A stretch of 64,000 bases of DNA. Source: Saccostrea cucullata (lineage: Eukaryota). The stretch covers positions 124,001 through 188,000 of the forward strand of contig NW_026925056.1 in assembly GCF_032062105.1 (NCBI RefSeq), in the 5' to 3' direction. A program made the position numbers and the translations under genes. Shown piece after piece: positions 39,410 through 52,330 of this stretch; within the stretch, counting starts at the first letter, position 1; each line of letters begins with the position of its first letter. The notes below the pieces were generated by a model that was not told the DNA's origin, did no database searches, and worked only from the letters and a program-made list of their open reading frames with translations.

Positions 39410-42400
39410 CATGGATGAGTGAGCATTCCTGGACGGCCGGTTACAACCGCCCTGTGCTCCTTGTCACCTGCTTCTTGTACGCCAAAATCCGCAGACAAGA
39501 TAGGTTGTAATTGCTAACAAGATCACTGTATCGACCGTAAAACATGCGAAATGATGATTTTGAAAGAGATAGTTTATATTCTTACTTCAACAACTTGTTT
39601 ATCAATAGCTTGCATTGTTTTAGAGCCTGGTCGTGCATATGGAATCAACAGAGACCTGAGATACACTCCACAAGCAGTTGATAAGGTATTTTGCTACAGT
39701 GTTTATAACTAAGGAAAGTTTATGATTGAAAAATTAAAGTCGTCGTGTTCATCATACAAGGTTGTTTGTTGTTATGTTATATTTAACATCGTTTCGTTGC
39801 TTAATAAAAATCAAATAAACGAATATAAAACAGTCTTGTCATACTTTCTGGTATCTTCTATTTCAAGCAGGTGTAAAGACGAATAATGACCCCCATCGAA
39901 TAATGACCGGGGGGTCATTTTTCAACGACAAAAAATGACCCCCACCCGTAGAAAAAAATCATTTTTTGTAGAAAAAGGGTCCTAGGGGGTCATTATTTTA
40001 TGTTAGTCCTATAAAATAATGACCCCCATTGAAAAATGACCCCCTTTAAAGTGATACAAAATATACACTCTTTGATATCTTTTTTACAGCGAAACTTATA
40101 TTTACATTTTCTGTAACCAGAAAAATACAAAAAGTCGTATGAAATAATTAAGAGATTCACGTTGTCTTTCAATGCTAAAATTGTGTTTGAAAAGAGATTC
40201 TTTATTTGTCAAGTAAATAAAATTTCTTTTTAATATTCCTCCTTATAATGTTTGCTTAAAGAATGATATTCCACTTGTTTTTAGAAATCAAACCATGCAA
40301 AAATCAGGTATAAATACTCTTTAATAAGAAAATTAAATTTTCCGTCATTTCAACTTTTAGTTTGTTTAAGTTTGGCAAATCCTATTTGACAATGAAAGAG
40401 GAGGGAATTTTTATCCCCCCCCCCAAAAAAAAGAACATTACGTAAAATCAAAACAAAAAACTAATAATAATAAATGAAAAGCAAAAATATAAATAAAACT
40501 CTATACCTTTCAATAATTCTGAAAGAGGCTCTAGAAGAAATATTGAAATGAAGTTAAGCCTTCACACAAGTACTATCATATCATAATTTACTTCGCCATA
40601 ATTAAAGCATACTAGTACTTTAAATGTTGGAAGGGGTATACTTGAAAGTATTGTGGCAAAGTAACAGTTAAAAATTAGTAGAATAGTAGATTATTTTAAG
40701 ATTATTTTTAATTCCTTCTTATAGAAAAATAAAGGTATGGTGTTTTTTTTTTTTTGTTTTTGTTCAATATCGACTTCCTCCTAAGTAAGAAAGGGGGTGG
40801 GGTAAGTATAAGACCTAAAAATATGCTCTGTAAAGCTATGGGCTAGTGTAAAATACAGTCATTCTAATGCAAAAACTATACATGTAGACATAAACATTGA
40901 TTTAGCACATAGTATTCATTACATTTCTTTTAACGTAGAGCCTACTTCGTATGACATCATAACTGGTAAATGTGTTAAACCTGTGCTAACCCATTAAGAC
41001 GTCATAATTAATTCAATACCACTTTTTCCCGTACTTGACAGCTTCAATAAAAATGGTAGAAAATACTGCATTTTGAAATTCACAGAATTCAATCATACCA
41101 ACATAATCTTAATTCAATTCATATATTTTTTGGTTTATAATGCTTAATGGCAATATATTTCTGGAATAAGAGAAAATATGTAGGCACCTTTTATTCACTA
41201 GATCTAGACCTGAAGTTGATAAACCCAAGACTATATAGTGTAATGAAATTACAATGTACATACAACTTTCGTAATAATTTGAATGGTATGTAACAATTTT
41301 GAAGGAATGCATAAATCGTAAGAAATCTTTAGTTGCCAGCTATATAGTGTAATATCTTGATGAAATGTGTCTAAGTCAAAGATGTACGTGTTGTAGATCG
41401 TTTGATCGTGTGTACATTTTTGTGATATCTATATGAAATGATGTGCATTCCTTCTAACAATTATTTGTTACCTATTCATATTCTTGGTGTTTTATTGCAA
41501 TTTTTCTATTAAATATGATCTTTTTCAAGTAAAAGTACAATTTCTGATAAATATTTAATCTGAAAGTAACCCCAAACAGTCATTTAATTATTAAATCCCG
41601 TGTAAGTGCAAAAAGGTCAAGAATATGAGTATCGGTAAATAGCCTATCTTTCATTAGTTAGAGGGGAAAGGTATATATTTTAATCATTTTTTGTAATCAT
41701 TTGGCTATGTTCTTTATCATATTGAAGAATGAAAACATTGTGACAAAGACTTCTAAAAAATATTTACAAATATAGGGTGCATAATTGACTAAAAATAATA
41801 GAGTTCATTTGACTATTTTTTTTTTAATGGTGGACTTATCTTTTATGTTAATTGAATAAAAAAGAAATTATTCTTGATAAAATATTGTTTAATATTATTC
41901 AGTTTAAAAAGTTTATAAACGACGATGTTTGAAGAAGTATTTTTGTGATTTTTCATATTCCTTTTATGACAAGTACCCCTAAAAATATTTGAAAATGTGA
42001 AGTCACAGTATGTAAATACCATACCAAGTTTCACAGCCTGTTCTAGATTAAAAAACAAGGAAACATATCATGATATCTTAACTGATTGATAAGCAAGTAC
42101 TAATTTATCATTTTGAAAAGTTTGAAAATCCTGTGACAAAGACTTTTCCGACATAGGTTCTACTTTAATTCTTGTTTTACTCCACCCTTTTACTCAGTTC
42201 TGAGTATATTTTTCAGAGAATTTAATATGAAAATCAGAACAAACATTTTCATCGTTGTAACGTCTTTTTTATAATGTATATTAATATGAAAAGTTAATTG
42301 AAGACCATTTCTTTTTATGTCCCCGTAATCGAAGATTCGGGGGTATATAGTTTTATCGTGTCCGTCTGTATGTCCGTCTGTCTATCTGGCGGTTTGTTTG

Positions 42401-43900
42401 TCCGCAAAAACCTTAACCTTTACCATAACTTTTCATTTATTGGAGCTATGACTTTCATATTTAATATGTATATTCCTTGAGACAAGACCTTACTTTGAGT
42501 ACCACCAAATTTGACCTTTTGACCTTTACCTTGGAGTTTGTCCCCTTTTTACACAAAAATGCCAAATTTTTACTTTGGCCATAATTTTAAACGGTAGATA
42601 CTAGTACTCTCATACTTCAAATATGTAGTTTTTTGCCATTAACTTTCATTGGATACTAAAAACCTTGACCTTTTGACCTTGACCTTGGAGTTTTCCGTAC
42701 TTATGAATTTTTTTACCTTGGCCATAACTTTTGAACGGTAAGGGCTAGGGTATTCATACTTCACATATGTTATCCTTGTTACATTAAACATTTTCTTAAG
42801 AAATCATCAACTTTGACCTTTGAGTTTGACCTACCTTTCAAAAACTTATCCTCAGCCATTACTTTTGAACAAGTGGTGCTAGGGCTTTCTTATTTTGCAG
42901 TTGTATTTCTTGTGAGAAGACCCTACTTTGTAACAATATATTTAAATTGCATTTAAGAAAAGTTTAATCTTCGCTATGTTGCCATACAGGGGATAGCTGT
43001 TTCACAAACACATCTTTTTATAGATGAGGATTTGCGGATAAGAGATGGATATCTAAAAGCGTAACAGACGGACGGACGGACATCCCGATCACTATATACC
43101 CTCCCGCTTTTCAAGCGGAGGATATAATAATATATAATACAACAACTGATTTTTTCTGTCAGTTCGATGATTTCCACCATCAAAAAACAATGTTTACCTA
43201 ACCCTTAAGGCTTGATAAATCTTTTACTCCTTTAGATTCTGAATCGTTGCATTTACCTTAAAATATAGCTATAATTGTATAATGTTATGAGATCAGCATA
43301 TCATCAGTTTATTCCCAATAAGCTCAGGTGAGCATTTTGGCCAATATGCTTCTTTATCCATTTTTTTTTGCCCCCTAAAAATTTTAGCTTTAATCTACAG
43401 GGGGTCATTTTTCTACGGGGGTCATTTTTCTTCACGTGGGTTCTGCAAATTTTTAGTGAAGTGACACTTTTTCTACGGGCAAAAGGGTCATTTTTCTACG
43501 TCGAATAATGACCGGGGGTCATAGCTTTCGCTGTCGAAAAATGACCCCCGGTCATTATTCGATGGGGGTCATTATTCGCCTTTACACCGGCTTGGATATA
43601 TCGAGTCGACATAACTGGATGAACGTAACTATTGTAAATAGATTAAATGTCATCAATATATCGAAATGTTGAGTTGAAGGGCGCATCAAGTGTTTTAGTC
43701 TTCTCATGCTGAAGTTTGTTTTGAAATAAATTCATCTTTATGTGGATAGCAATAGCTAGATCTTGGGTCTGCTAATAACAGGGCGCAATTGGTACCCAGG
43801 GAATGGGTGAAGATTGTTGGATTACCTGATCTCCAAAAACTACTATGAAATTGTACAACAAAAACTCAAGCACATTTTTAAGATCGACTTTAGAATATTT
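39410..43900 (-). mobile_element. Decayed Naiad-type PLE split by the 39867-43591 transposon
   Basis: 3' motif at 39410-39460 and thumb region to 39866; RT continues 43592-43900 with a PLGTNCAP motif near 43780-43805. Confidence 0.7.
39867..43591. mobile_element. Composite non-autonomous TIR DNA transposon (~3.7 kb) with aatgacccc subterminal repeats and nested HINEs
   Basis: Left GCAGGTGTAAAGACGAATAATGACCCCCATCGAATAATGACCGGGGG, right inverted ..GGGGGTCATTATTCGCCTTTACACCGGC; no ORF; superfamily and TSD unresolved. Confidence 0.85.
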
Positions 43901-44680
43901 GTGTGTGTAATCAGAATGTTTTTAGCAAAATAATTTTGCAAATGTTAAGTACATTTTAAATTTAAAAGTTCCATAATTTTGAAAAAGCAGCTGTCTTTCA
44001 GGTCAAAAAGCCTCATCCTCAATTTATCGTGGAAAAGGATTGTATTAAGTGTTTAAAACTTATTAATTATGTGGGTAGAGTGTTTTAATCTAAATAACAT
44101 TTTGCATTTCCACCTATGATTTATCTAAAATATTCCTAACAGAAAATATAAACGATAAGTTTATATTTCCTATTAGGAATATTTTTTTGCTTGTCAAGAA
44201 ATTTCTGGGTTGGATTTTTTTTTTGGACCGGGGTGGAAAAAAAAATTCTGGATCCGCGCCTGTTATCGAACATCGCAGGATGCAGAACTGAGGTACAACA
44301 AAGAGGAAGTTAAGTATATTCGACTTGAAACTTTTTTTTATATCTGGTTATCCCATCCCATACTTCCTGCTGAATAGACTTTGATACCTTAGGTACCAGT
44401 TGGCATAAAATCACACCAAATAAGGAAGAAAAAAGCAGTTTTAATGGGAAAAACTTTACAATGACTTAAATTCTACAAGGTAATAAAGGTTGTTCAGAAA
44501 TGTTACCTGAATAGACAGTTAAAGAAAATGAGCTGCTCTTAAAAAAACAGGATATCAATTTGGACAATTTTTTGAACGAAAAACATTTAATGAGCATTTT
44601 TGAAAACAGATGGCAAAGAACTCTTGTATATATGGAGGTTGAACCTTCCTAGCTTTGTTTTAATAATTGGTTTTCCTCCT

Positions 44681-46001
44681 TTATTTTCGATTGTTTCCCC
44701 AGAACAAAAGTTTCCTGTCCGCAGTATAAGGCATCTTGAAGCAGCCTAGGTCTACGTTGACTGTCTGCATCATAGTGACTGCCAGATTAAGGCAGCCGCT
44801 GATCTCTGCGGGCTCTGTCTTGATATTGGCGATTTCTGCACAAACCTTGATGCTATGACCTTGTACAGTCACGTCTTTACATGCTTTGGGATTCTCAACT
44901 AAACCAAAACAAAAACTGATTTTATATAAAAGATGTTTATATTTCGGACAGCAGTCGGTCAGTACACGAAAGAGATAACTCGATCATTATATCCTGCTCA
45001 ATCTTACCACTTACTCCACAATAAATATGCTTAACAGTGTCAGAAATTGATATGTCATACGTTTACAATACCTGTTACTTGCAGGCTCATTAACGGGGCT
45101 TTGTCCGCACTGAGATCGATGGAAAATTCCTTTGACTGAGAGGTGAATTTCATATCACCACAGACTAAAATTAAACCAATAATTCAACATTAAGATTTTT
45201 GATAGATATATTCCAACAAATAAGACTGAAAACTTGGCCCGGAGAATTTGAATTTAAAAAAAAGAAAAGAGGAAACTAATATTTTTTTTTACAAACCCAT
45301 TTCCTTAATATTCTAAACATCAACGATTGTGATCAATAATTTTTCCTAAAGAGAGGTATAAATGGATTTTAATGTATCCAAATACTCACCTGTTTTTGTC
45401 ATAGACTGCCATGTTACAGCCTTGCAACAAGAGCATGAATTTTGTGTACAAGTACACCCATCACCAACAAAGTTACCCTCTAGCAAATCTTTTAAAAGAC
45501 GTCCTTCCTTTACGAGATCAACTTGACCTAAAATAAAATATAAAAAAAAGGAAATTAACAAATTCAAAAGATTAAAGTGGCTGTCATCTCATTTTTTCTT
45601 ACAAGTGTAATATAAATAAAATGTAGCTTGAAAAAAGTAATTTCAATGTAAATATAGCTTACTAGTTTATTGAGGAACTTTCGTAAATTTATCTGACTGG
45701 TGGATGTATAAACATAAAACGATAGGAAATGATTATTAACTCAACTTACATATTCTTTTAAGAATTTGATAAGAACACCTAACGTCCTTCATGGAACATA
45801 TTTTGACAAATTCTGTTTTACACTTTTTATGATGTTGATACTAAGTAGATAAATTCCCAGGGAATTGTTTTGTCTTTTTTTTTTGGTAAAAAAATAAAGC
45901 CTAATTTTTTTTTTAGAATATTGATTTTAAATCTTACCAACTGCTTTAATTTGTCCAGCATAGCACAGAAACGCAAAGGCAAGCAACACGATTACTTTCA
46001 T
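44681..46001 (-). CDS. DUF4773-type secreted Cys-rich protein, copy F (170 aa), recent duplicate of E
   Basis: Exons 46001-45938, 45527-45390, 45164-45072, 44898-44681; 513 nt open; introns and flanks align with copy E. Confidence 0.9.
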
Positions 46002-46414
46002 TTTCCTTGTCTACAAAGATTGGCGAAGGCAACTGATATGTGGGCAAGTAATGGTCTCTTTTATATCTGCATGATTAGCATCAACGTGGTTGATGATTTT
46101 GCTTCTAAAGGAAATAATTCAAGCTTTTTAAATTTAATTAGCTAAGAAACAAACCAATCCAGTCCTTAAACAGAACCACGTGACACGTTTAAAACTTTTA
46201 GATCGTACCAGATGTAAAATAAGCATAAACTTAAGAGTCGCGTGAAACTTTTATTATATATTTATCTTGAAATTGTCGAACCTCAGCCCAAAGGCTTTCA
46301 TTGGGATGAATTTCATGGGTAAGAGAGGAAATGTTTTAGCTATTGTAGTATTGTTTAAAAGTGAAAGCATAAAAGAGATAAGATGTTTTGTGAAACACTG
46401 ATATGACTGCTTAT

Positions 46415-46970
46415 GACTGCCCTCATATGACAGCTTAGGGCAACGGTTGAGATTTCTTAAATGCAAATCAAACTTCAAGTGGTTAAATTTTTCGGTACCA
46501 AGAAAAAAAAAGATCTTTTCACAAGGAAAATACCTGTGAAATTTGAACCCCCTAAGCACTAATTGTTCAAAAGTTATGACCATGGTTAGAGTTTTTTTTA
46601 AACAAAGTGATTCAAACTTAGGGTTACGCTAAGAAATACCAATTAAAAGGTACTGTATCAATAAATATACTCAGGTAAAATTTGAAAGCTCGAGCACCAA
46701 ACCTTCTAAAAATTATGGTTATGGCTAAAGTCTGGTATTATTTTGTAAAAGTGGGTCAAACTCCAAGGCCAGGAGGTCCAATTCGGTGCTACCCGAAGAG
46801 AGCCTTGTCACAAGGAATACGCCTGTGAAATATGAAAGTCAAAGTTCCACGCAGTTAAAATTTATGGGCAAGATAAAGGTTTTTGCGGACAAACAGACAG
46901 ATAAACAGACGGACGGGCGGACAGGATAAACTCTCTATACATCCGAATCTTTGATTACGGGGACATAACA
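46415..46970 (-). mobile_element. HINE-type element
   Basis: Tandem tgtgaaatatgaaag units, (GACA/GACG)n at ~46888-46923, gaatctttgattacggggacataaaa end. Confidence 0.65.
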
Positions 46971-47229
46971 CAGAACATTTTAGTAGAACTACATGTTTTA
47001 CAACCGTTTTAGAAACGAATGTCATGCTCTGTTCTGTGTTTTACAAGAGGACTTGAAAATCAAAACTAAAAACAAAACAAAAACAAACAAAAATCATTAA
47101 AATGTCCATTTTAGTTATTTTCCATAACCCTTAAAAGACCACTTAGATTTGGTTATTATATTATAATTTTAAACAACAGACTGATATACTTTATTTTATG
47201 TACTAATGTACTATTTACTATAAGACTCA

Positions 47230-47840
47230 TATGGCAAGCCAAATTCACAAAAATGAGATAAACCTAGTTTCACAATTGATAAACTAGGTTATCGACTGTA
47301 AACTATAGTTTACAAACCGTAAACTATAGTTAACGATTCGTTAAGTATAGTTTTCATCTGTAAAACTATATTTAACGGTCGTTAACTATAGTTTACGAAT
47401 GCTAATCTAAGTTTATCTGTCTGAATAAAGCGTTAACAATAGATTTTGTTGATAAACATAGATTCACGTCTGTAAACTATAGTTTACAATCGTAAACTAT
47501 AGTTAAGAATTGTTAATCATAGTTTCACAAATCGTACAACTATATTTATCAGATCGTTAACTATAGTTAACGGTTTGTAAACTATAGTTTACAAATCGTG
47601 AAACTGTATTTATCAGATAATCTATGTTTTGCAATCGCAAATGATTGTTTTCGATGTTAAGTATAGTTTACGGTTGTGAAACATAGATTTTCGCGTTAAC
47701 TATGGTTTACAGATGTAAAATATAGATTAACGTTGTTAACTATAGTTTACAGTCCGTAAACTATGGTTTACAACCGATAAACCTAAGTTATCGATTGTGA
47801 AACTATGTTTTGCTCATTTTTGTGGATTTGGCGTGCCATA
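47230..47840. mobile_element. Foldback-type TIR element with internal ~21-bp aaactatagtt repeats
   Basis: Long TIR TATGGCAAGCCAAATTCACAAAAATGAG / CTCATTTTTGTGGATTTGGCGTGCCATA; flanking duplication GACTCA (6 bp; 8 bp AGACTCAT if termini are shifted by one). Confidence 0.85.
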
Positions 47841-48232
47841 GACTCATATTCTAGAGCTTAATTTTGGATGAAAGAAATAAATATCTTTGAAATTAAAAAC
47901 AAAACATTTCTTTTTTAATCTTATAAAATATTTTTCTTTTGAGTAAAAAAAAATGAAGTTGCGATTAAATGCCTAACAACAAAATGTCTCCATCTAAAAC
48001 GTAGTGTTTTATTGGGAAAAATGCACTCGTAGACAGATATATAGTTTCATACAAAAAGCATTTTATTTTCAATATTGCATAGTGACTACGTTATAAACAT
48101 TTTAGTCAACTTGATTCAGTCTGCTTTATGACGCTGTCTCAACTCTCAAGCTTGATAATTTAGACTGTGTGACATAGATAAAATAACCGAGAGAAAAATT
48201 AGAAGAGATGAAAGTCTCTATCCCCTCTCTTC

Positions 48233-51007
48233 TTAATATTTAGAGTCCTCTTCCATGATCTCTCGCATGAGGACCTCATACAATTCATTTTCTTGATTCT
48301 GTATGTGCTTCGTCATAAATCGAAAGTAGTTTAGCAAAGGGCTGCCCACTTCATTGGATTTCATCAGTTCTTTTTTCCAAGGAGCTCCTTCGAATTCGAT
48401 TTCGTCATCAGCAACAGGAATTTTGAAGCATCCAAGGTCAAGCTTGATGACTTTGACAAAAGCAATTTTGAGGGTTATTCTTGAGCATCCAGAGAGCCCA
48501 TCCCCTCCAGCATGCAGGTTGTACAGCTGGATGCAAAGTTTGCCAACCTTTCCCAGGAATGGCACTTTCAAACAAACAGGTGGTGGGTTTTTAACTAAAT
48601 GAAAAAAATTAAAAACTATAAACGGTTACCATTGTTATTAAGTAATTTCTTTTTTATTTTTGAAATGAATAAGTACATTTGTATTTAAATTTTATGACCA
48701 ATACTTAATTTTTTAATTTCCTTTTGCGAGATTAAACTATTGTCTACATGTCTGAAATTAATTATTTCCGATTGTTAAGCAAAAATATCACCAACAGGAA
48801 ATTGAAGGTTAGGACGTACTTCTCTCGATACACAATCCATGTTAAACAAATAAGGAAGTAACCGGTACATGTATATAATGATGAATAACAAACTTTCCCA
48901 CCTGAGACTTCCTTGCTGTAAACGACTTTTCCACCCCATGTCACCGTCAAAAGCACTCCTATGTTTTTCTTTAGATACTTCACTTTGATACACACTGCAA
49001 ATATAATGTATTTAACGTAAGCAAGTATGCCTTGAATTTCCAACAGTGACACACTCACCTGCGAACCAGGAGACTTTATTTTATTTTATTACAAATAAAT
49101 GTATTGTTATATCTCTGTTCAGTCTTTAGAAATAAAACAGACTAAATAAAAAAAGGAATGCGCATCTATTTAAGGTAAGTCACTCCCGAAATTTGTTAAA
49201 TCAAGGAGTTTTTGAGAAGTATATTTTGGATAAGTACTCATAAAGTATAACTCAAAATCGCAAAGAAAATAGGGAGTCAGTGTGCATCCCACTGATCTAC
49301 GGTACATTTAAGTTGACCTTTTTTCACTTAAATTTCATCTCTTTGGTTAATTACTTTAACCCTTATTATATTTGATCAGATGTAAGCATGGCAATAAATA
49401 TAATCTTATTTTACGTAAAATAGTTTGAATAATATTTAACATTAAACAAATCTTGCAAATTAATGCGCGTAAATTATTGTGTGACCTTTATGTACTAAAA
49501 ATTAACATATTTGGGGTATTAAAAAACTTAATAGGCAATAAAAAATTTTCTTATATCAAACTTTTTACGACTTAAGTGCTGATCAGTCACAAGTATCGAG
49601 TTGTTTAAAATAATGAAAGAAAAAGGTGGGGTCAGTGATGTTAATTTTGAAATATTGGTCAAAATATGTGATTTTCAGGCAAAAAATGGTGTAAATTTTA
49701 TCTTGACTTCTTTAATATATTTTCATTTTTTGGAAAAGTTTGTTGAGGGAAGGTGTAAAACTTAGTCTAAAAATATAAATTAAGACCTATATTAAATATT
49801 TTTAACAATATCAAAACGGAAAATATTCTCTGAGAAAAAGTATGTGAGGCTAAATTTCCATTACATTAAATTTTATAAATGTGCAGATTTGCAGAATTTT
49901 CTGCTTAATATCCTTCCACCAAAAGAAATAGTCCCTCATAAATCTTGCCTTTTGAAGATTTTTGAGCAGTTTTTTCATTTAATGTCAAAAGATTTACATT
50001 GTTGAATTTAAATATGTTATAAAAATTGAATTTTAATACGTAGTTTTGGAGTAAAAGCTTCTGCGTGAACTTTTCTAAAAAGCTGAGGAGTGACTTACCT
50101 TAAGGAGAAACTACTTTTAAAGGATGATATATTTTTCTCAAGGAGTTAATGCTGTCATTTATCATTCTGCTCCCAGTAATTAAAGGTACAATTAAATATT
50201 GTGTTAAACAATCGATTTGTTCATTTTTAAAATATTTTTTATTCACTTGCATATGTACTCGTTTTAATGTTTGTTACAATGCCGAGACATCACCTTCCTT
50301 CCTCTCGTGTAGGACGGACACCGTCTGACAACATCCACACGTGGTGCCGGAACACTTACAGCTACCCTTTACAGAGTCATGTATGAACCTCAGGGCCTCG
50401 TCCTCCGGTGCCTGCTCAAGTTCTGTGGTGAATGCCTCCCCTTAGAATGTATGAAATATTGAGCGTTTATGAAGGGTAAAATCTATTCTGAATTTATATA
50501 ATTTTTATACATTTTTTTTATGTCAAAAATTCAGACTATCGTGTTATAAAGAAAATAAAGAGTCAATATATTACGAGTAATGTACCTGTCAGCAACTTCC
50601 TGCATGTAAATAAGGTACCCCCTGAAAGCTACATAAAGGGACCCCTGAATTGTGTTCATATATAAGGAAAGGCTAGAATCATATCTTTTTTACTCTAAAG
50701 GAGCCCACTTAAAACAATCACAATGCACAACAAAGAAATATTTCCCACAACATAATGCTCAAATGCTCGAATTGACTAAAATTCAGGATCAGTTAAGAAA
50801 TCTACAAAGAAGGTGCAGAAGACATAGAAAAAGTGTGTGTGTGTGTTGTTTTTTTTTTGGTGTTTTTTTTTTGTGTTTTTTTTTTTTAAATTTAAATAAA
50901 TATTAATTATTCTTAATTATTTTAAATAACGTACCTGTTCCGCCAATGATCTGGAAAAGCAAAATCCATGAGGAAACCACACAGGCAATACCCAGGGCCC
51001 TAGACAT
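48233..51007 (-). CDS. DUF4773-type secreted Cys-rich protein, copy G (224 aa; 236 aa if the candidate micro-exon is used)
   Basis: Exons 51007-50935, 50440-50294, 48994-48902, 48594-48233; phase-1 GT-AG introns; 675 nt open. Most canonical DUF4773 motifs: SCKCSGTTCGCC, VCIKVKY, SVKNPPPVC, LC, SGC, LGCFKIP; long acidic C-terminal tail. Confidence 0.9.
49174..50099. mobile_element. Kolobok-type non-autonomous transposon (926 bp) in intron 2 of copy G
   Basis: TTAA TSD (49170-49173, 50100-50103); TIR GGTAAGTCACTCC / GGAGTGACTTACC. Confidence 0.85.
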
Positions 51008-51489
51008 TTTGAACAGGAAGCTTATATTTTGTGATTGTGAATTATCAAGGACGATCTTCTCGTTTTCCCATTGTTAATCCGAACGCATGTACCTTATATA
51101 TGCCGGACTTACATCCTGGTATTGTGGTGTCCTAAAAAAAGACTACTTTCGATTTATGACCAATGACTTATCAAATATTTTCTGAAAATTGTGAATATTC
51201 GTTTTTGAGGATATTGATCGATATCAATTAAATACTTTTTATTGTAGATAAGGAGACTTACACATAAAAATAATAAAATATCTCCGACCACTTATTCTAG
51301 AGTTTTAAAAAATGGTTTATCGTGTGTATTGTCCATTACATGTTAGGGGACAGCTTATATACCTCATGGTCTATTGGAAACCCAATTATCTAAAGCTATA
51401 TATATCAAAGACATTTGGAATTTTTGCATAACAAACAATGTAAAATTTTCAATGGTTTTCAAATGCTTATTGCTTTTAATTCAGGATGA

Positions 51490-52330
51490 GTTTGTGAAAC
51501 ACTGATGCCCCCGTATGGCAGCTTGTGACAAGTGTTGAACTTCCTCAAATTAAATTCAAACTCCAATGTCAAGGTAAAAAAGTCAAAATTTTTGGTTTCA
51601 AAGGCAAGGTCTTGTCATAAAGAATAATCCTGTGAAATATGAAAGGCATAGTACTAACTGTTCAAAAGGTTATGGCTAAGGTTAAAGTTTTTAAGTGGTT
51701 CTAACTCTAAGGCCGAGGTCAAAAGGTCAAAAATATTTATATCCATGGAAAGGTCTTGTCACAGTGAATACACATGTCAAATATGAAAGCACTAACACCA
51801 ACTGTTCAAAAGTTATGGCAAAGATTAAGTTTGTTAAATTTGGGTAAAAGTGGGTCAAACACCAAGGTCAAGAGCTCAAATTTGATGGTACCCACAGAAA
51901 GGTCTTGTCACACCTATTAAATGTGAAAACCATAGCCCCACCCACTTAAAAGTAATAGGCAAGGTTAAAGTTTTTGCGAACAAACAGACAGGCGGACGGA
52001 CAAGACCAAAATATAAAAAATTTCCCCGAATCTTCCATTATCCAGGCATAAAAAGTTGCCATACACATAGCAAAGAGTTTCTTTAGAATTACTTTAGGGA
52101 TTCAAAATTTGAATATGCATTTTTATGCCCCCGTAATTGAAGATTTGAGGGGTAAAAATTTTGTCATTACGCCCGGCTTTCTGTTTGTCCGTAAAACTTA
52201 AACATTGCCCATAATTTTTGATTGGTTGAAGCTACATGTATGACTCCCATATTTTAAGTGTATTCCTTGTAACATAGACTTTCTTTCGGTACCAATACAT
52301 TTGACCTCTTGATCTTGGAGTTTGACCAAA
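51490..52330. mobile_element. HINE-type element (reverse) followed by a partial forward copy
   Basis: Tandem aaggtcttgtcac units 51600-51960, (GACG)n at ~51985-52002, gaatcttc..gcataaaaa end; a new ttttatgcccccgtaattgaagatt start at ~52120. Confidence 0.6.

Noticed and set aside
47280-47790. CRISPR-like regular short repeats
   Set aside because: Eukaryotic context, degenerate units without unique spacers, enclosed by TIRs and a TSD.
50586-50599. 14-nt micro-exon using the inner CAG acceptor in copy G intron 1
   Set aside because: Introduces TGA in frame; only the 36-nt version is compatible.
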